DNA from: an uncultured SAR86 cluster bacterium
GTDB taxonomy: Bacteria > Pseudomonadota > Gammaproteobacteria > Magnimaribacterales > AG-339-G14
Assembly (NCBI GenBank): GCA_902526045.1
Contig: CABZJI010000001.1
Coordinates: 395,900-459,899, forward strand
Length of the DNA stretch: 64,000 nucleotides
Direction: 5' to 3'
In this document: positions 22,160 through 33,667 of the stretch, one piece after another
Numbering within the stretch: the first letter of the stretch is position 1
How the letters are laid out: each line of letters begins with the position of its first letter
Notes under the pieces: model-generated
What the model saw: the letters and a program-made list of their open reading frames with translations, nothing else
Told to the model about the DNA's origin: nothing
Databases searched by the model: none
Made by a program: the position numbers and the translations under genes

Positions 22160-22630
22160 ATGCCAAGAAAAGGTCCAGTCCCAAAAAGAGACATACTCGC
22201 CGATCCAAAATTTGACAGCATCAAAGTTGCTAAGTTTATCAATCAGATTATGCAACGCGGCAAAAAAAGTGTTGCTGAAAAAATAATGTATACGGCTTTG
22301 GATCAAATTTCATCAAAATCTAAACAAGATCCTTTAAAAGTATTTGAAGATGCTTTGGACCAAGTTGCACCTCAAGTTGAAGTTAAGTCCAGAAGAGTAG
22401 GCGGTGCAACTTATCAAGTTCCAATAGAAGTGAAGTCATCCAGAAAAATGGCACTTGCAATGAGATGGCTAGTAAACAGTGCTAAGAAAAGATCAGAAAA
22501 GAAAATGGCTGATAAGTTAGCTAATGAGTTACTAGATGCTTCAGGTGGCAGAGGAGAGGCTGTTAAGAAGAGACAGGACACTCATAAGATGGCTGATGCA
22601 AACAAAGCATTTTCACATTTCAGATTTTAA
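22160..22630 (+). CDS. rpsG: 30S ribosomal protein S7
   Basis: [30 protein letters not shown]. Confidence 0.99.
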   Translation: MPRKGPVPKRDILADPKFDSIKVAKFINQIMQRGKKSVAEKIMYTALDQISSKSKQDPLKVFEDALDQVAPQVEVKSRRVGGATYQVPIEVKSSRKMALAMRWLVNSAKKRSEKKMADKLANELLDASGGRGEAVKKRQDTHKMADANKAFSHFRF

Positions 22631-22651
22631 TTACACAAACTTTATTGAAAT

Positions 22652-24769
22652 ATGAGCGGCAGAAAGGTTCCACTTAAACTATATAGAAACATCGGTATTT
22701 GCGCTCACGTAGATGCCGGTAAAACAACTACTACTGAGAGAGTTTTATATTACACAGGAATATCTCACAAAATTGGAGAGGTCCACGATGGTGCTGCGAC
22801 CATGGATTGGATGGAACAAGAGCAAGAAAGAGGGATAACTATCACATCAGCTGCCACTACTTGTTTCTGGAAAGGAATGAAACAGCAGTTTGACGAGCAC
22901 AGAGTCAACATCATAGATACTCCTGGGCACGTGGATTTCACCATTGAAGTTGAAAGATCTTTAAGAGTATTGGATGGCGCAGTCGTTGTTTTTTGCGGTA
23001 GTTCCGGCGTTGAGCCTCAGTCTGAAACAGTATGGAGACAAGCAAACCGATATAAGGTCCCTAGAATTGCCTTTATAAATAAAATGGATAGAGCTGGTGC
23101 AAACTTTCTGAATGTAGTTAAGCAGATGAAAGAGAGATTGGGCGCTTCACCTGTTCCCATCAACCTTCCAATTGGTGCTGAAGATGATTTCCAGGGAATG
23201 GTTGACTTGATTTCAATGAAAGCACTTTATTTTGATCTTGATGATATGGGTAAATCATACAGAGAAGAGGATATCCCTGAATCAATGATTGCTGAATGTG
23301 AAAATTACAGAGAGCAAATGCTTGAATCTGCTGCTGAAGCTTCTGAAGATCTCATGGATAAATATCTTGAAAATGGCGATCTTACCGAAGAGGAAATCAT
23401 TTTAGGTCTCAGGCAAAGAACATTATCTAATGAAATAGTTTTATGTCTATGTGGCTCAGCATTTAAAAATAAAGGAGTTCAGTGTGTTTTGGATGCTGTA
23501 GTTAACTTTCTTCCTTCGCCTGATGAGGTAGAGGCAATTAAAGGTGTCCTTGAAGACGAAGAGACTGAAGATCAAAGATCTTCTAGTGACGAAGAGCCTT
23601 TTTCTGCATTAGCTTTCAAGATAGCTACAGATCCATTTGTAGGAACCTTAACATTTATAAGAGTTTACTCAGGAGTTTTATCATCTGGAGATTCTGTTTA
23701 TTCTCCCTCTCGAAGATCAAAGGAAAGAATTGGTAGGATGTTGCAGATGCATGCTAACAATAGAACAGAAATTTCTGAGGTAAGGGCGGGAGATATTTGC
23801 GCAGTAATTGGTTTGAAAGATGTTAGTACTGGAGAAACTCTTTGCGATAGAGACAAGTCTATTATCTTGGAGAGAATGACTTTTCCAGAACCTGTTATTT
23901 CAGTGGCTGTTGAGCCTAAAACTAAAACTGATCAAGAAAAAATGTCTACTGCTTTAGGCAGACTAGCGCAAGAGGATCCATCTTTCAGAGTGAATAGCGA
24001 TGAAGAATCTGGTCAAACAATTATTTCTGGAATGGGAGAACTTCATTTAGACGTGATTGTTGATAGGATGAAACGAGAATTCGATGTTGAAGCTAACATT
24101 GGCAAGCCTCAGGTTGCATATAGAGAGACTATTAAACAGATGGTCGAGTCCGAAGGAAAATTTGTAAGACAATCAGGCGGTAAAGGGCAATATGGACATG
24201 TTTGGATAAAAATTGAGCCTTTAGTTCATGAGGATACTGAAGAAGAAGACAGAGATATTTATGAATTCGTGAATTCAATTGTAGGAGGAACAATTCCAAG
24301 AGAATTTATTCCAGCTGTTGATAAAGGTGTTAAAGAACAGATGGAAGCTGGTGTTATTGCTGGGTACCCCTTGATTGATGTAAAAGTCACCCTCTATGAT
24401 GGTTCTTTCCATGACGTTGATTCAAGCGAGATAGCATTTAAGGTAGCCGCTTCACAAGCCTTAAAAGATGGAGCTATGAGAGCTAGGCCCGTTCTGCTCG
24501 AACCAATTATGAAGTTAGAAGTTGTGACTCCAGAAGAATACATGGGAGATGTCGTAGGAGACTTAAATAGAAGACGAGGAATTGTTCAGGGAATGAATGA
24601 TATACCGTCTGGAAAGGCTCTAAATGGTGAAGTTCCTCTGGCTGAAATGTTTGGTTACGCAACGGATTTAAGATCTGCAACTCAAGGCAGAGCAACATTT
24701 ACTATGGAGCCTCTCAAGTACTCCGAAGTCCCCAATAATGTTGCAGAATCCATCATAAATAAAAGCTAA
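22652..24769 (+). CDS. fusA: Elongation factor G
   Basis: [34 protein letters not shown]. Confidence 0.99.
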   Translation: MSGRKVPLKLYRNIGICAHVDAGKTTTTERVLYYTGISHKIGEVHDGAATMDWMEQEQERGITITSAATTCFWKGMKQQFDEHRVNIIDTPGHVDFTIEVERSLRVLDGAVVVFCGSSGVEPQSETVWRQANRYKVPRIAFINKMDRAGANFLNVVKQMKERLGASPVPINLPIGAEDDFQGMVDLISMKALYFDLDDMGKSYREEDIPESMIAECENYREQMLESAAEASEDLMDKYLENGDLTEEEIILGLRQRTLSNEIVLCLCGSAFKNKGVQCVLDAVVNFLPSPDEVEAIKGVLEDEETEDQRSSSDEEPFSALAFKIATDPFVGTLTFIRVYSGVLSSGDSVYSPSRRSKERIGRMLQMHANNRTEISEVRAGDICAVIGLKDVSTGETLCDRDKSIILERMTFPEPVISVAVEPKTKTDQEKMSTALGRLAQEDPSFRVNSDEESGQTIISGMGELHLDVIVDRMKREFDVEANIGKPQVAYRETIKQMVESEGKFVRQSGGKGQYGHVWIKIEPLVHEDTEEEDRDIYEFVNSIVGGTIPREFIPAVDKGVKEQMEAGVIAGYPLIDVKVTLYDGSFHDVDSSEIAFKVAASQALKDGAMRARPVLLEPIMKLEVVTPEEYMGDVVGDLNRRRGIVQGMNDIPSGKALNGEVPLAEMFGYATDLRSATQGRATFTMEPLKYSEVPNNVAESIINKS

Positions 24770-24777
24770 TACGCTTG

Positions 24778-24806
24778 TTGACATCGAATCGATGTCCCAA
24801 TAGAAT
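24778..24806 (+). promoter_or_regulatory. Near-consensus sigma70 promoter of the S10 operon
   Basis: TTGACA(24778-83)-17 bp-TAGAAT(24801-06), followed by GC-rich TGCCGC. Confidence 0.8.
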
Positions 24807-24813
24807 TGCCGCT

Positions 24814-24851
24814 CGTCCGTGAGATGGATGAATCGATTTATGGATAAATCG
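24814..24851 (+). promoter_or_regulatory. S10-operon leader hairpins (putative L4-responsive leader)
   Basis: Hairpins CGTCCGT-GAG-ATGGATG and CGATTTA-TGGA-TAAATCG between the promoter and rpsJ; function inferred from position. Confidence 0.5.
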
Positions 24852-24892
24852 TTTAGTTCTTTAACAGATATTTATTACTTTTGGAGGTTGGT

Positions 24893-25216
24893 TTGCAAGA
24901 CCAGAATATTAGAATTCGGCTCAAAGCTTTTGACAATAAATTAATTGATAAATCGGCAAGAGAAATTGTTGATACTGTTAAAAGAACTGGCGCGGTTGTT
25001 AAAGGACCAATACCAATGCCTGTCAAAAAAAGTCGCACAACTATTCTAATCTCGCCGCATAAAGATAAAGATGCACGAGATCAATATGAAATTAGAACCT
25101 ATAAAAGAGTGATGGATATCATCAAGCCCACTGAAAAAACTGTAGATGCTTTAATGAAGCTTGATCTTTCCGCTGGGGTTGACGTTCAAATCTCACTAGA
25201 TGAGTTAAGTAAATAA
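24893..25216 (+). CDS. rpsJ: 30S ribosomal protein S10 (UUG start at 24893)
   Basis: [13 protein letters not shown] aligns to the S10 N-terminus; GGAGG SD 5 nt upstream; [11 protein letters not shown]. Confidence 0.97.
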   Translation: MQDQNIRIRLKAFDNKLIDKSAREIVDTVKRTGAVVKGPIPMPVKKSRTTILISPHKDKDARDQYEIRTYKRVMDIIKPTEKTVDALMKLDLSAGVDVQISLDELSK

Positions 25217-25217
25217 A

Positions 25218-25853
25218 ATGATTGGATTGATAGGCTTAAAAGAAGGAATGTCACGGGTTTTCACAGAAGATGGAAATTCTGTGCCTGTTACCGTTGTAAA
25301 AATCGAATCCAATGTTGTAACTCAAATAAAAAAAATTAATTCAGAAGGTTACTCATCAGTACAAATATCTACCGGAACCAAAAAAGAAAAACGCCTCACT
25401 AAACCCGAAAAAGCCCATCTCAATAAATCAAACACCACCTCAGCAAAAACAATTAAAGAATTCCGAATCCAAGAATCAGATTTAGAAAATATCGAACTTG
25501 GTCAATCATTGGAATTAAACATGTTTGAAGAGGGTCAGGTAATTGATGTAACAGGAACAACCAAAGGAAAAGGTTTTGCTGGTACGGTCAAACGTTGGAA
25601 TTTTGCAACACAAGATGCAACACATGGAAATTCTTTAGCACATAGAAAACCTGGATCTATTGGTCAATGTCAAACTCCTGGAAGGGTTTGGAAAGGAAAA
25701 AAAATGGCAGGTCATTTAGGTAACTCCCGTCAGACAACACAAAATCTACTAATACAAAAAATAGATCTGGAAAATAATATTATTTTAGTAAAAGGTGCTT
25801 TGCCTGGATCTAAAGGTTCACCCGTCATCATAAAGCCAGCAACTAAAAACTAA
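25218..25853 (+). CDS. rplC: 50S ribosomal protein L3
   Basis: GTTKGKGFAGTVKRWNF, GKKMAGHLG. Confidence 0.99.
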   Translation: MIGLIGLKEGMSRVFTEDGNSVPVTVVKIESNVVTQIKKINSEGYSSVQISTGTKKEKRLTKPEKAHLNKSNTTSAKTIKEFRIQESDLENIELGQSLELNMFEEGQVIDVTGTTKGKGFAGTVKRWNFATQDATHGNSLAHRKPGSIGQCQTPGRVWKGKKMAGHLGNSRQTTQNLLIQKIDLENNIILVKGALPGSKGSPVIIKPATKN

Positions 25854-25860
25854 TAAAACC

Positions 25861-26466
25861 ATGCAGCTATCCTATTACAAAGAAAAAACATCAGCAGATT
25901 TGCCTGAGACTATATTTGAACAAGATTTTAATGAGGATCTTGTTCACCAATTAATAAACACTGTAATTTCAAATAATCATAGCGGCACTAAATCCCAGAA
26001 AAATAGATCTGATGTCAGCGGGGGTGGGAAAAAACCTTGGAGACAAAAAGGAACCGGAAGAGCAAGAGCTGGCACCACTCGTGGACCGATCTGGAGATCA
26101 GGCGGTGTTACATTTGCTGCTAGACCTCAACTTACAAAGAAAAAAATAAATAAAAAAATGTTCAAAAATGGGATTAAATCAATCCTATCCAAATTAGCCA
26201 AAGAAAAGAGAATAATCATGGTAAAGGATTTTTCTTTAAATGAGCCAAAAACAAAAAAATTATTAGAATTAATCTCTCCTTTTGACACTTTTTCTATGAC
26301 GATAATTTTAGATGAGATTTCTGAAAATCTTCATTTAGCTTCAAGGAATTTAAAAAATATAGATATCACTTCGGCTGATCAAATCAATCCGGTAGATTTA
26401 ATTTCACATGAAAAAATCCTACTCACAGATAAATCTTTAGAAAAAATTATAAGTGCATATTCATGA
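25861..26466 (+). CDS. rplD: 50S ribosomal protein L4
   Basis: KKPWRQKGTGRARAG..R.PIWRSGGVTF. Confidence 0.99.
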   Translation: MQLSYYKEKTSADLPETIFEQDFNEDLVHQLINTVISNNHSGTKSQKNRSDVSGGGKKPWRQKGTGRARAGTTRGPIWRSGGVTFAARPQLTKKKINKKMFKNGIKSILSKLAKEKRIIMVKDFSLNEPKTKKLLELISPFDTFSMTIILDEISENLHLASRNLKNIDITSADQINPVDLISHEKILLTDKSLEKIISAYS

Positions 26467-26759
26467 GTCAATTGCATCCTTTAAAAGTATTAAATTCATC
26501 TCATCTTTCTGAGAAAGCTTCTTTAGCTATTCAAAATGCAAATAGTTACGTTTTTAAAGTTTCTTCCTCAGCTAACAAGCTTCAAGTAAAAAAAGCAATA
26601 GAATCTTTATATAAAGTCGAAGTTGAAAAAGTAAATATTGTGAACGTCAAAGGCAAAACAAAAAGAACACTGAAGAACAAAATTAGAAAAAAAAGTGATT
26701 GGAAGAAAGCTTATGTATTTCTTAAGGAAGGCAATCAAATAGATTTATCAATTGAATAA
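26463..26759 (+). CDS. rplW: 50S ribosomal protein L23
   Basis: SEKA, YVFKV..ANK..VKKAIE, KKAYV. Confidence 0.97.
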   Translation: MSQLHPLKVLNSSHLSEKASLAIQNANSYVFKVSSSANKLQVKKAIESLYKVEVEKVNIVNVKGKTKRTLKNKIRKKSDWKKAYVFLKEGNQIDLSIE

Positions 26760-26761
26760 TA

Positions 26762-27586
26762 ATGACTGTAGTTAAAGCAAAACCAACGTCTGCCGGAAGA
26801 AGATTTAGAAGCTTCCAAGTAGATCAGAACATTCATAAAGGTAAACCTCATGCACCACTATTGGCTACAAAAAGCAAAAACGGTGGAAGAAACAACAGGG
26901 GAAGAATAACCGTAAGACACCAAGGAGGTGGACATAAACAACATTACAGAATCATTGACTTTAAGAGAACAAAAGACGGGATACCCGCAACTGTAGAAAG
27001 AATTGAATACGATCCTAATAGATCAGCTCACATAGCTTTATTGTTATATTCAGATGGAGAACGAAGGTACATAATTTCTCCTTCTGGCCTCAAACAAGGA
27101 GATACTGTTCAATCTGGTAACGACGCTCCAATAAAAGTCGGAAATGCGCTTGATCTAAATGCCATACCCGTTGGCTCGAATGTTCATTGTGTCGAGCTAA
27201 AGCCAAAAAAAGGCGCTCAAATTGCAAGAAGTGCTGGATCTTATGTTCAGTTTGTTGCAAAAGAAGGAAATACAGCAACCTTGAGAATGAAAAGTGGCGA
27301 AGTAAGAAGAGTGCCCGTCGAGTGTAGAGCTGTTCTTGGAACCGTATCTAATTCTGAGCATTCTTTGAAATCTATTGGAAAAGCAGGAGCTAAAAGATGG
27401 TTAGGGGTTAGACCTACAGTAAGGGGTGTCGCAATGAACCCAATAGACCACCCTCATGGCGGTGGAGAAGGAAGAACTTCTGGGGGGAGACACCCAGTGT
27501 CGCCTTGGGGTGTGCCTACAAAAGGATTTAGAACAAGAAGTAATAAAAGAACAGATAAACAAATTATTAGAAGAAGAAAGAAATAG
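26762..27586 (+). CDS. rplB: 50S ribosomal protein L2
   Basis: [33 protein letters not shown]. Confidence 0.99.
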   Translation: MTVVKAKPTSAGRRFRSFQVDQNIHKGKPHAPLLATKSKNGGRNNRGRITVRHQGGGHKQHYRIIDFKRTKDGIPATVERIEYDPNRSAHIALLLYSDGERRYIISPSGLKQGDTVQSGNDAPIKVGNALDLNAIPVGSNVHCVELKPKKGAQIARSAGSYVQFVAKEGNTATLRMKSGEVRRVPVECRAVLGTVSNSEHSLKSIGKAGAKRWLGVRPTVRGVAMNPIDHPHGGGEGRTSGGRHPVSPWGVPTKGFRTRSNKRTDKQIIRRRKK

Positions 27587-27588
27587 AA

Positions 27589-27858
27589 ATGCCACGCTCA
27601 ATTAAAAAAGGTCCATTTATAGATCATCATTTGATGGATAAAGTCTCAAAGGCTGTTGAATCCAAAGATAAGAGACCTATCAAAACATGGTCTAGGAGAT
27701 CATTGATTTCGCCTGAAATGGTTGGCTTAACAATTTCCATCCATAACGGAAGACAACACGTTCCCATATACATTCAAGAGGATATGGTTGGACACAAGCT
27801 TGGTGAATTTGTTCCCACTAGGACTTTTAAACAACACTCAGGGGATAGGAAAGTTTAA
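27589..27858 (+). CDS. rpsS: 30S ribosomal protein S19
   Basis: [25 protein letters not shown]. Confidence 0.99.
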   Translation: MPRSIKKGPFIDHHLMDKVSKAVESKDKRPIKTWSRRSLISPEMVGLTISIHNGRQHVPIYIQEDMVGHKLGEFVPTRTFKQHSGDRKV

Positions 27859-28190
27859 TGACAGAAGTATCAGCAAAATTATCAAGATTTAAGTCTTCAG
27901 CATCAAAGATTAGGCTTTTGGCTGACCAGATACGTGGAAAAAAAGTTGATGAGGCCTTGGATATTCTTAATTTTAGTCCAAAGTCTGGTTCTAGAAATCT
28001 GAAAAAGCTTTTGGATTCTGCAATTTCCTCCGCTGAAAATAATTATGGTTTAGACATTGATACATTGTATGTCAGCCATATTTCTATTGATGAAGCTTTA
28101 ATTATGAAAAGAATAAGGGCAAGAGCCAGAGGAAGAGCAGATCGAATTGAAAAAAAGTCATGTCATATAAATCTAAAATTAAGCAATTAA
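27858..28190 (+). CDS. rplV: 50S ribosomal protein L22
   Basis: SASKIRLLADQIRGK, RARARGRA. Confidence 0.98.
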   Translation: MTEVSAKLSRFKSSASKIRLLADQIRGKKVDEALDILNFSPKSGSRNLKKLLDSAISSAENNYGLDIDTLYVSHISIDEALIMKRIRARARGRADRIEKKSCHINLKLSN

Positions 28191-28199
28191 GGAGATAAA

Positions 28200-28859
28200 G
28201 TGGGACAAAAAGTAAATCCAGTAGGAATCAGACTAGGCATCTCCAGAGATCATAACTCTGTATGGTTTGCAGAAAAAGATAAATATAGAGAGATTCTTTT
28301 CAATGATTTTCAAGTTAGAGATTTTCTTAAAAAAGAGCTTGATAATGCATTTGTTAGCAAAATCCATATAGAAAGGCCTGCCCAAAGTGCAAAAGTCACA
28401 ATTCATACTGCAAGGCCGGGAATGATCATTGGTAAAAGAGGCGAAGATATTGATCGTTTGAGAGAGAAGCTGACACAAATAATGAATGTGCCGGTCAGTC
28501 TGAACATTCAAGAAATAAGAAAACCTGATCTTGATGCTCAGCTTGTTGCTGCAAACATAGCTCTTCAACTTGAAAAGAGAGCAATGTTTAGAAGGGTTAT
28601 GAAGAGAGCTGCTCAAAATACGATGAGACAGGGAGCTTTAGGTGTCAAAATTAAAGTTTCAGGAAGATTAGGTGGAGCTGAGATTGCTCGATCAGAGTGG
28701 CATAAAGAAGGGAGAGTGCCTCTTCATACATTAAGAGCAGATGTTGATTACGGCTTATCTGAAGCAAAAACTACTTATGGGATTATTGGTGTGAAGGTGT
28801 GGATATTTAGAGGCGAGTTAATAGATAAAAAAGTTAAAGAAAAAGATAAGGAAAGCTAA
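28200..28859 (+). CDS. rpsC: 30S ribosomal protein S3 (GUG start)
   Basis: [34 protein letters not shown]. Confidence 0.99.
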   Translation: MGQKVNPVGIRLGISRDHNSVWFAEKDKYREILFNDFQVRDFLKKELDNAFVSKIHIERPAQSAKVTIHTARPGMIIGKRGEDIDRLREKLTQIMNVPVSLNIQEIRKPDLDAQLVAANIALQLEKRAMFRRVMKRAAQNTMRQGALGVKIKVSGRLGGAEIARSEWHKEGRVPLHTLRADVDYGLSEAKTTYGIIGVKVWIFRGELIDKKVKEKDKES

Positions 28860-29272
28860 TGTTTCAGCCAAAAAGGACTAAATATAGAAAACAAATGAAA
28901 GGTCGTAATCGAGGTCTTGCTCAGAGGTCTAATTCTCTTGACTTCGGTACATTTGGTTTAAAAGCTACATCAAGAGGTCAAATTACATCTCGTCAAATTG
29001 AGGCTGCAAGAAGAGCCATGACTAGACACGTAAAACGAGGAGCAAAAATCTGGATTAGAATTTTTCCCGACAAACCAATTACCAAAAAACCTCTTGAAGT
29101 CAGGCAAGGAAAAGGTAAAGGAAACGTAGAATATTGGGTTTCACCAATTAAACCAGGAAAAATACTCTATGAAATGGAAGGTGTTGATGAAGCTTTGGCC
29201 AGGGAGGCTTTTTCTCTTGCTGCTGCGAAACTTCCTGTTTCAACTCAATTTATCTCTAGGAAGGTTATCTAA
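28859..29272 (+). CDS. rplP: 50S ribosomal protein L16
   Basis: [21 protein letters not shown]. Confidence 0.99.
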   Translation: MFQPKRTKYRKQMKGRNRGLAQRSNSLDFGTFGLKATSRGQITSRQIEAARRAMTRHVKRGAKIWIRIFPDKPITKKPLEVRQGKGKGNVEYWVSPIKPGKILYEMEGVDEALAREAFSLAAAKLPVSTQFISRKVI

Positions 29273-29466
29273 TGGCTAAAATTCCATCTCATGCTGATTT
29301 AAATAAGGATCTAGAGAAAACTAGATCTGAATTATTAGACCTCAAATTAAAGAGCGCATCTGCTTCACTTAAACAGACACACCTTTTAAAAGAGAAAAAA
29401 AAAGCAGTAGCAAGAATTATGACCTCGCTTAAACAGCTTATTAAACAAGAGGATGCAAATGTCTGA
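29272..29466 (+). CDS. rpmC: 50S ribosomal protein L29 (divergent)
   Basis: Position between rplP and rpsQ; L..LKL...LKQTH.LKE.KK.VARI.T. Confidence 0.9.
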   Translation: MAKIPSHADLNKDLEKTRSELLDLKLKSASASLKQTHLLKEKKKAVARIMTSLKQLIKQEDANV

Positions 29467-29716
29467 TAAAACAATAAGAACAATGACAGGTTTGGTTGTA
29501 AGTAGTAACTCTGACAAAACTGCAGTTGCGAAAATAGATAGAAAAGTTAAACACCCTAAACTAGGAAAAATAATTAGAAGATCCTCAAAAATTAGTTTTC
29601 ATGATGAGGAAAATGTTTGTTCACTTGGTGACAAAGTTACTATTAAAGAATGTCGACCAATTTCAAAAACTAAATCATGGACATTAGTAGAAATACTCAA
29701 AGAGGGTAAGTCATGA
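29459..29716 (+). CDS. rpsQ: 30S ribosomal protein S17 (start likely ATG 29459)
   Basis: GLVVS...[28 protein letters not shown]; GAGG SD 6 nt before 29459. Confidence 0.98.
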   Translation: MSDKTIRTMTGLVVSSNSDKTAVAKIDRKVKHPKLGKIIRRSSKISFHDEENVCSLGDKVTIKECRPISKTKSWTLVEILKEGKS

Positions 29717-30081
29717 TTCAAACAGAAACCATTTTAGAAGTAGCTGATAATAGTGGTGCCAGAAAAGTGATGTGTATCAAAGTGCTCGGTGGATCAAAAA
29801 GACGTTACGCAAGAGTTGGCGACGTTATCAAAGTGGCAATTAAAGAAGCCATCCCAACAGGCAGGGTTAAGAAAGGTCAAGTTGCAGATGCAGTTGTAGT
29901 CAGAACTAAAAAAGATATTCGCAGAGAAGACGGATCAATCGTTAGATTTGATGACAATGCAGCTGTGCTCATAAATAACCAACAACAACCAATTGGAACT
30001 AGGATTTTTGGTCCTGTTTCCAGAGAACTGAGATCTAATAATTTCATGAAAATAATTTCTTTAGCACCAGAGGTAATCTGA
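29713..30081 (+). CDS. rplN: 50S ribosomal protein L14
   Basis: [26 protein letters not shown]. Confidence 0.99.
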   Translation: MIQTETILEVADNSGARKVMCIKVLGGSKRRYARVGDVIKVAIKEAIPTGRVKKGQVADAVVVRTKKDIRREDGSIVRFDDNAAVLINNQQQPIGTRIFGPVSRELRSNNFMKIISLAPEVI

Positions 30082-30392
30082 TGAATAAACTAAAAACTGG
30101 TGATGAAGTGATTGTGATAACAGGCAAAGATAAAGGAAAAACTGGAACTCTTACTAAAATCAGAGGCGATAGATGTTTAGTATCTGGAATAAAACTAGTA
30201 AAAAAACATGTAAAACCAAATCCTCAAATGAATGAACCCGGAGGGATTATTGAAAAGGAGTCCTTTATTAATATATCTAATATTGCTTTTTACAATGCTA
30301 GTACAAAAAAGAGGGACAAATTACAAATTAATTTAGATGAAAAAAAAGGAAAGATCAGAATTTCTAAATCAACAAATAAGGAAGTTAAATAG
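30081..30392 (+). CDS. rplX: 50S ribosomal protein L24
   Basis: [19 protein letters not shown] motif. Confidence 0.98.
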   Translation: MNKLKTGDEVIVITGKDKGKTGTLTKIRGDRCLVSGIKLVKKHVKPNPQMNEPGGIIEKESFINISNIAFYNASTKKRDKLQINLDEKKGKIRISKSTNKEVK

Positions 30393-30394
30393 GT

Positions 30395-30937
30395 ATGTCT
30401 ATTACGAGAACGAACTATCAGGATAACGTCATCAGTTCACTTAAAGATGATCTGGGTGTCAAAAGCTCCATGGCTGTTCCCAAAATTATAAAAGTCACAG
30501 TAAATATGGGCTTAGGGCCAGATGCACTCAATAATCGTAAATCAGTTGATGATGCTATTGCAGATCTTGAATTGATCGCAGGTCAAAAACCTATAAAGAC
30601 TTTTGCAAGGAAGTCTGTAGCTAGCTTTAAAATTAGAGAAGGATTTCCTATTGGTTGCAAAGTTACTCTAAGAGGTAACAGAATGTATGATTTTTTAGAC
30701 AGGTTGTTGTCTATAGCAATTCCGAGGGAAAGAGATTTTAGAGGGTTGAATCCAAAATCCTTCGATGGACAAGGTAATTACTCGTTAGGAATAAAAGAAC
30801 ATATTATCTTCCCTGAAATTGATTATGACAAAGTAGAAAAAATTCGAGGTATGGATATTTGTATTACAACCTCCGCTAATAATGATAGCGAAGGATTTGC
30901 CCTACTATCAAAATTAAACTTCCCATTCAAAAGTTAA
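30395..30937 (+). CDS. rplE: 50S ribosomal protein L5
   Basis: [30 protein letters not shown]. Confidence 0.99.
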   Translation: MSITRTNYQDNVISSLKDDLGVKSSMAVPKIIKVTVNMGLGPDALNNRKSVDDAIADLELIAGQKPIKTFARKSVASFKIREGFPIGCKVTLRGNRMYDFLDRLLSIAIPRERDFRGLNPKSFDGQGNYSLGIKEHIIFPEIDYDKVEKIRGMDICITTSANNDSEGFALLSKLNFPFKS

Positions 30938-30948
30938 AGGTAAAAATT

Positions 30949-31254
30949 ATGGCTAAAGTTTCAATGATTGCTAGAGAGAATAAAAGAATCAAGCTGGTTC
31001 AAAAGTTTGCGAAAAAGAGAGATGAGCTTAAAAAAGTCATCTCAGATATGAATGTATCCGATGAAGAAAGATACGAGGCAAGATTAAAACTTCAAAAACT
31101 TCCAAGAGACGCGAGTCCTGTTCGTCTTCAAAGAAGATGTCAAATAACCGGAAGACCACATGCTGTATACAGAAGGTTTGGTCTTTCAAGAAATAAATTA
31201 AGGGAATTAGCTATGAATGGAGATGTTCCAGGGCTAGTTAAATCAAGTTGGTAG
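30949..31254 (+). CDS. rpsN: 30S ribosomal protein S14 (zinc-independent long form)
   Basis: [21 protein letters not shown], 101 aa. Confidence 0.99.
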   Translation: MAKVSMIARENKRIKLVQKFAKKRDELKKVISDMNVSDEERYEARLKLQKLPRDASPVRLQRRCQITGRPHAVYRRFGLSRNKLRELAMNGDVPGLVKSSW

Positions 31255-31263
31255 AGGTCATCA

Positions 31264-31659
31264 ATGAGTATGCAAGATCCAATTTCTGACATGATTTCTA
31301 GAGTGATGAATGCTCAAGCTAGAGGGCATGCAACAGTAAGCTTTTCATCTTCTAAGATTAAAAATGCTATCTGCTCAGTCTTAGAGAAAGAAGGATTCAT
31401 ATCATCGTTTAAGATTGAGGGCGAGGAAAGCAAAAAAACTATTTTTGTTTCCCTCAAATACCATCAAGAAGCACCAGTTATTAGAGAATTGAAAAGGATA
31501 AGTAAACCTGGATTAAGAAAATATTTTTCATCAAAAGAAATTCCTTCAGTCAGAAATGGTTTGGGGGTTGGAATCATTACAACAAGTAGAGGAGTTTTGA
31601 CAGATAAAGAAGCTAGAGAGCATGGAGTAGGCGGAGAATTAATCTGTACTGTATTTTAA
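31264..31659 (+). CDS. rpsH: 30S ribosomal protein S8
   Basis: DPISDMISR, RISKPGLR, GGELIC. Confidence 0.99.
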   Translation: MSMQDPISDMISRVMNAQARGHATVSFSSSKIKNAICSVLEKEGFISSFKIEGEESKKTIFVSLKYHQEAPVIRELKRISKPGLRKYFSSKEIPSVRNGLGVGIITTSRGVLTDKEAREHGVGGELICTVF

Positions 31660-31661
31660 TT

Positions 31662-32195
31662 ATGGCTAGAAATACTGAAAGACCAATTCCAATTCAAGAT
31701 GGCATAGAAATATCTCTTGTTGAAAATTTAATTAAAGTTTCAGGCAAGAATGGAGACCTGTCTATGTCTATCCATCCGTCAGTAATGGCTAGCACTCCTG
31801 AGAAAGAACTATTATTTTCTCCAAAAGAAGAAACACAGGAATCTATTGCAATGGTAGGAACAATGAGGGCTTTAGCAATAAATATGATTAAAGGAGTTTC
31901 AGACGGTTTTGAAAAAAAATTAGAAATCAATGGCGTTGGTTACAGAGCAAAGCTTTCTGGAGACAAATTGGAACTTTCATTGGGATTCTCTCATCCAGTA
32001 ATCTATCAACTGCCAGAGGGGATAAGCGCTGATGTGCCTTCTCAAACTGAGGTTATTCTCAAGTCAGCTAATAAACAGCTTTTAGGAGAAACCGCTGCAA
32101 AAATTAGATCATTTAGACCTCCAGAACCTTATAAAGGAAAGGGAGTTAAATATGCTGAAGAAAGAATCAAACGAAAAGAATCTAAGAAGGCTTAA
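31662..32195 (+). CDS. rplF: 50S ribosomal protein L6
   Basis: [26 protein letters not shown]. Confidence 0.99.
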   Translation: MARNTERPIPIQDGIEISLVENLIKVSGKNGDLSMSIHPSVMASTPEKELLFSPKEETQESIAMVGTMRALAINMIKGVSDGFEKKLEINGVGYRAKLSGDKLELSLGFSHPVIYQLPEGISADVPSQTEVILKSANKQLLGETAAKIRSFRPPEPYKGKGVKYAEERIKRKESKKA

Positions 32196-32197
32196 GC

Positions 32198-32548
32198 ATG
32201 AGTGATAAATTTACTGCGAGACAAAGAAGATCTAGGAAACTTAGATCTAAAACTAAAGAAATGAGTAATCATAGGCTATCTATTTTCAGATCTAATAATC
32301 AGATTTATGCTCAGGTTTTTTCTCCCGATGGAAAAGAAGTACTTGCGCATGCTTCCTCCACGGATAAAGATGCAAAGCTTAATAAAGGCGGAAATCAAGA
32401 AGCTGCAAAAAAAGTTGGAGAATTGGTTGCTAAAAGAGCTATCAAGAAAGGCATTAAAAAGGTTACGTTTGATAGATCAGGATATAAATATCATGGCCGT
32501 GTAAAAAGCCTTGCTGAATCCGCACGTGAAGCGGGCTTAGAATTTTGA
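32198..32548 (+). CDS. rplR: 50S ribosomal protein L18
   Basis: [34 protein letters not shown]. Confidence 0.99.
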   Translation: MSDKFTARQRRSRKLRSKTKEMSNHRLSIFRSNNQIYAQVFSPDGKEVLAHASSTDKDAKLNKGGNQEAAKKVGELVAKRAIKKGIKKVTFDRSGYKYHGRVKSLAESAREAGLEF

Positions 32549-32554
32549 GGAATT

Positions 32555-33037
32555 ATGGAAGAAAATATAGATCAGTTTAGTAATGAAGCTCTAGAGGAAA
32601 AACTAGTAGGAGTTAACAGAGTAGCAAAAGTTGTAAAAGGCGGAAGAATTTTTGGGTTCACAGCTCTCACCGTCGTGGGAGATGGAGCAGGTAAAGTTGG
32701 TTTCGGAAGAGGAAAGGCCAGAGAAGTTCCTATGGCTATTCAAAAAGCATTAGAAAATGCGAGAAAAAATATGATCAAGATTGAACTTAAAGGCTCTACT
32801 CTTCATTACCCAGTTAAATCAACTCATGGAAGTTCAACAGTTTATATGCAGCCAGCTTCCCCAGGTACGGGAGTCATTGCAGGAGGTGCTATGCGAGCTG
32901 TACTTGAGTTAGCTGGCATCAAAGATGTATTAGCTAAAACATATGGCTCAACTAATCCAATTAATGTTGTTAGAGCAACTGTGAAGGGATTAGCAAGCGT
33001 TGAATCGCCAGAACAGGTTGCGGAAAGGAGATCTTAA
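32555..33037 (+). CDS. rpsE: 30S ribosomal protein S5
   Basis: [26 protein letters not shown]. Confidence 0.99.
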   Translation: MEENIDQFSNEALEEKLVGVNRVAKVVKGGRIFGFTALTVVGDGAGKVGFGRGKAREVPMAIQKALENARKNMIKIELKGSTLHYPVKSTHGSSTVYMQPASPGTGVIAGGAMRAVLELAGIKDVLAKTYGSTNPINVVRATVKGLASVESPEQVAERRS

Positions 33038-33046
33038 GAGGAAGAA

Positions 33047-33229
33047 ATGTCTAACGAAACGATCAGAGTTAAATTAAAAAGAGGTTTAGCAGGCTCGATG
33101 AAAAATCAGAGACTTTCCGTAAAAGGGTTGGGATTAAAAAAAATTAACCAAGTAGTTGAGGTTAAAAACACACCTGAAAATCAAGGAATGATCAAAAAAG
33201 CTCATCATCTGCTGGAGGTCTTAAAATAA
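33047..33229 (+). CDS. rpmD: 50S ribosomal protein L30
   Basis: GLGLKKINQVV, TPENQGMI; between rpsE and rplO. Confidence 0.96.
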   Translation: MSNETIRVKLKRGLAGSMKNQRLSVKGLGLKKINQVVEVKNTPENQGMIKKAHHLLEVLK

Positions 33230-33667
33230 ATGTTAAAACTTAATAACCTTCAAAGAACAAATAAAAATAAAGTATCTAAGCGTATTGGTAGAGGAACAGG
33301 ATCTGGTTCAGGGAAAACCTCTGGAAGAGGTCATAAAGGTCAAAAGGCAAGATCAGGAGCTTCAATAAGACCAGGATTTGAAGGGGGCCAAATGCCTATC
33401 CAACAAAGACTTCCGAAGTTTGGATTCACTTCTAGGCAAAAACCATACAGTACACACATAAAACTCAGAGATATAGAAAAGCTTCCTGAAGATCATATTA
33501 CTTTAGAGGTTTTGAAGAAAAATAAAATCATTTCAAACAAGATAAAAAAAGTGAAGATCATCAATGGTGGTAAATTAACAAAAACAATAAAAATAGAAGG
33601 TTTATCTGTTTCTAAATCTGTTGAGCAATTAATTAATAAACTAGGCGGAGAAATTGTAAGTGGCTAG
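33230..33667 (+). CDS. rplO: 50S ribosomal protein L15
   Basis: RIGRGTGSGSGKTSGRGHKGQ, FEGGQMP. Confidence 0.99.
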   Translation: MLKLNNLQRTNKNKVSKRIGRGTGSGSGKTSGRGHKGQKARSGASIRPGFEGGQMPIQQRLPKFGFTSRQKPYSTHIKLRDIEKLPEDHITLEVLKKNKIISNKIKKVKIINGGKLTKTIKIEGLSVSKSVEQLINKLGGEIVSG

